Source of the DNA: Trypanosoma brucei
Taxonomy: Eukaryota
Direction: 5' to 3'
Length of the DNA: 64,000 bases
Assembly (NCBI GenBank): GCA_000002445.1
Contig: CH464492.1
Span: 96,001-160,000 of the forward strand
A program made the position numbers and the translations under genes. The notes below the pieces were generated by a model. The model saw nothing but the letters and a program-made list of their open reading frames with translations. It was not told where the DNA came from and did not search any database. Shown piece by piece: positions 63,382 to 64,000 of the stretch (the stretch's first letter is position 1; each line of letters starts with the position of its first letter).

Positions 63382-64000
63382 TAGCGCCAAAACTATTTTT
63401 TTTAATGGCCACAAAATGCTGCAGGAAAGCAGTGTGGAAATAATTTCATTGGATAGAAAAGTGTGTGAGGAAAGTTTATTAAAATTATTTGAGATTTATA
63501 ACTGTTCTATCTGAGTAACCATGTGCGTGCTTTAGTACAGGAATACCTTTGTAATAAAGCTTTTGTATCCTTTACAAAGAAACACTAAGAAGCCGAATTA
63601 GTTATAAAAGTAAAGCAAATATTTTAATCAAGAACAATACTCAACATTTTGCTTCAGGACAAAAAAACACTTATTCTGGGAGAAAAGCGTCTGAGGGAAC
63701 GTGAAGCAAGAGGTGATCACGTTTTCAGTTTATATGGCTCCGTATGCAATGCAAAGTGAAGTCACGTTATAATGGACAACGAAACTCAACTGCTCGGGAT
63801 GGAGTTTGTTGATGGAACGCGTGGTGATGATGTAATGTGGAAGGATGAAGAACTTAATGTTGTCCCTGAAATTGAGGAAACTGTGGAGAAGAAACCAGAG
63901 TCCAGGGAAGCAGTTGAAGCAATGGTTCTAACATCTCAAATGGGGTGATAATAACCCAAGTTTACCGACGGGTGTGGCGAAAACATATTCATCTGTAGAG

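Noticed and set aside
1-64000. Prokaryote-style systems (CRISPR arrays, operons, defence islands) suggested by the task framing
   Set aside because: The sequence is trypanosome nuclear DNA. Its direct repeats are all 70-bp VSG-associated repeats with variable spacing and have no spacer-repeat regularity. No bacterial gene content is present.

Overview
This window reads as a subtelomeric VSG (variant surface glycoprotein) gene array from an African trypanosome (Trypanosoma brucei group), not a prokaryotic locus. Three kinds of sequence evidence support that. First, there are about 17 head-to-tail VSG genes, pseudogenes and fragments, all on the minus strand, with N-terminal signal peptides, A-type and B-type N-terminal domains, Cys-rich C-terminal domains and GPI-signal tails such as ...GSNSFVIKKAPLLLAVLLL. 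Second, each cassette has 70-bp-repeat elements at its 5' (higher-coordinate) side, with core TATAATATTCGTATATACACACTCACAACACTCTCCT flanked by (ATT)n tracts on the + strand. Third, several VSG 3'UTRs carry the conserved 16-mer TGATATATTTTAACAC. Three non-LTR retroposon insertions interrupt the array. ingi#1 (1650-6910, +) is complete with poly(A) and a perfect 15-bp target-site duplication, and sits between VSG-A and its 70-bp repeats. ingi#2 (42845-48089, +) abuts an inverted 5' ingi fragment, ingi#3 (48090-48670, -), with no target-site duplication, and together they have replaced a VSG of which only a 3' remnant survives. A more divergent, degenerate ingi-related element (DIRE-like, about 53351-59000, +) occupies an entire VSG slot between two 70-bp repeats. 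All four elements encode a 2A-like peptide (DVEENPGP, or DVELNPGP in the DIRE) just upstream of the AP-endonuclease domain. Most VSGs are pseudogenes (frameshifts, premature TGA at Cys codons, stop-loss in the GPI signal). Only a few (12671-14202, 18946-20502, 34921-36411, 28163-29578) are single near-full-length ORFs. A 100-N assembly gap lies at 63282-63381. No rRNA, tRNA or CRISPR features were seen. All calls come from reading the sequence and the ORF track. No database searches were run.
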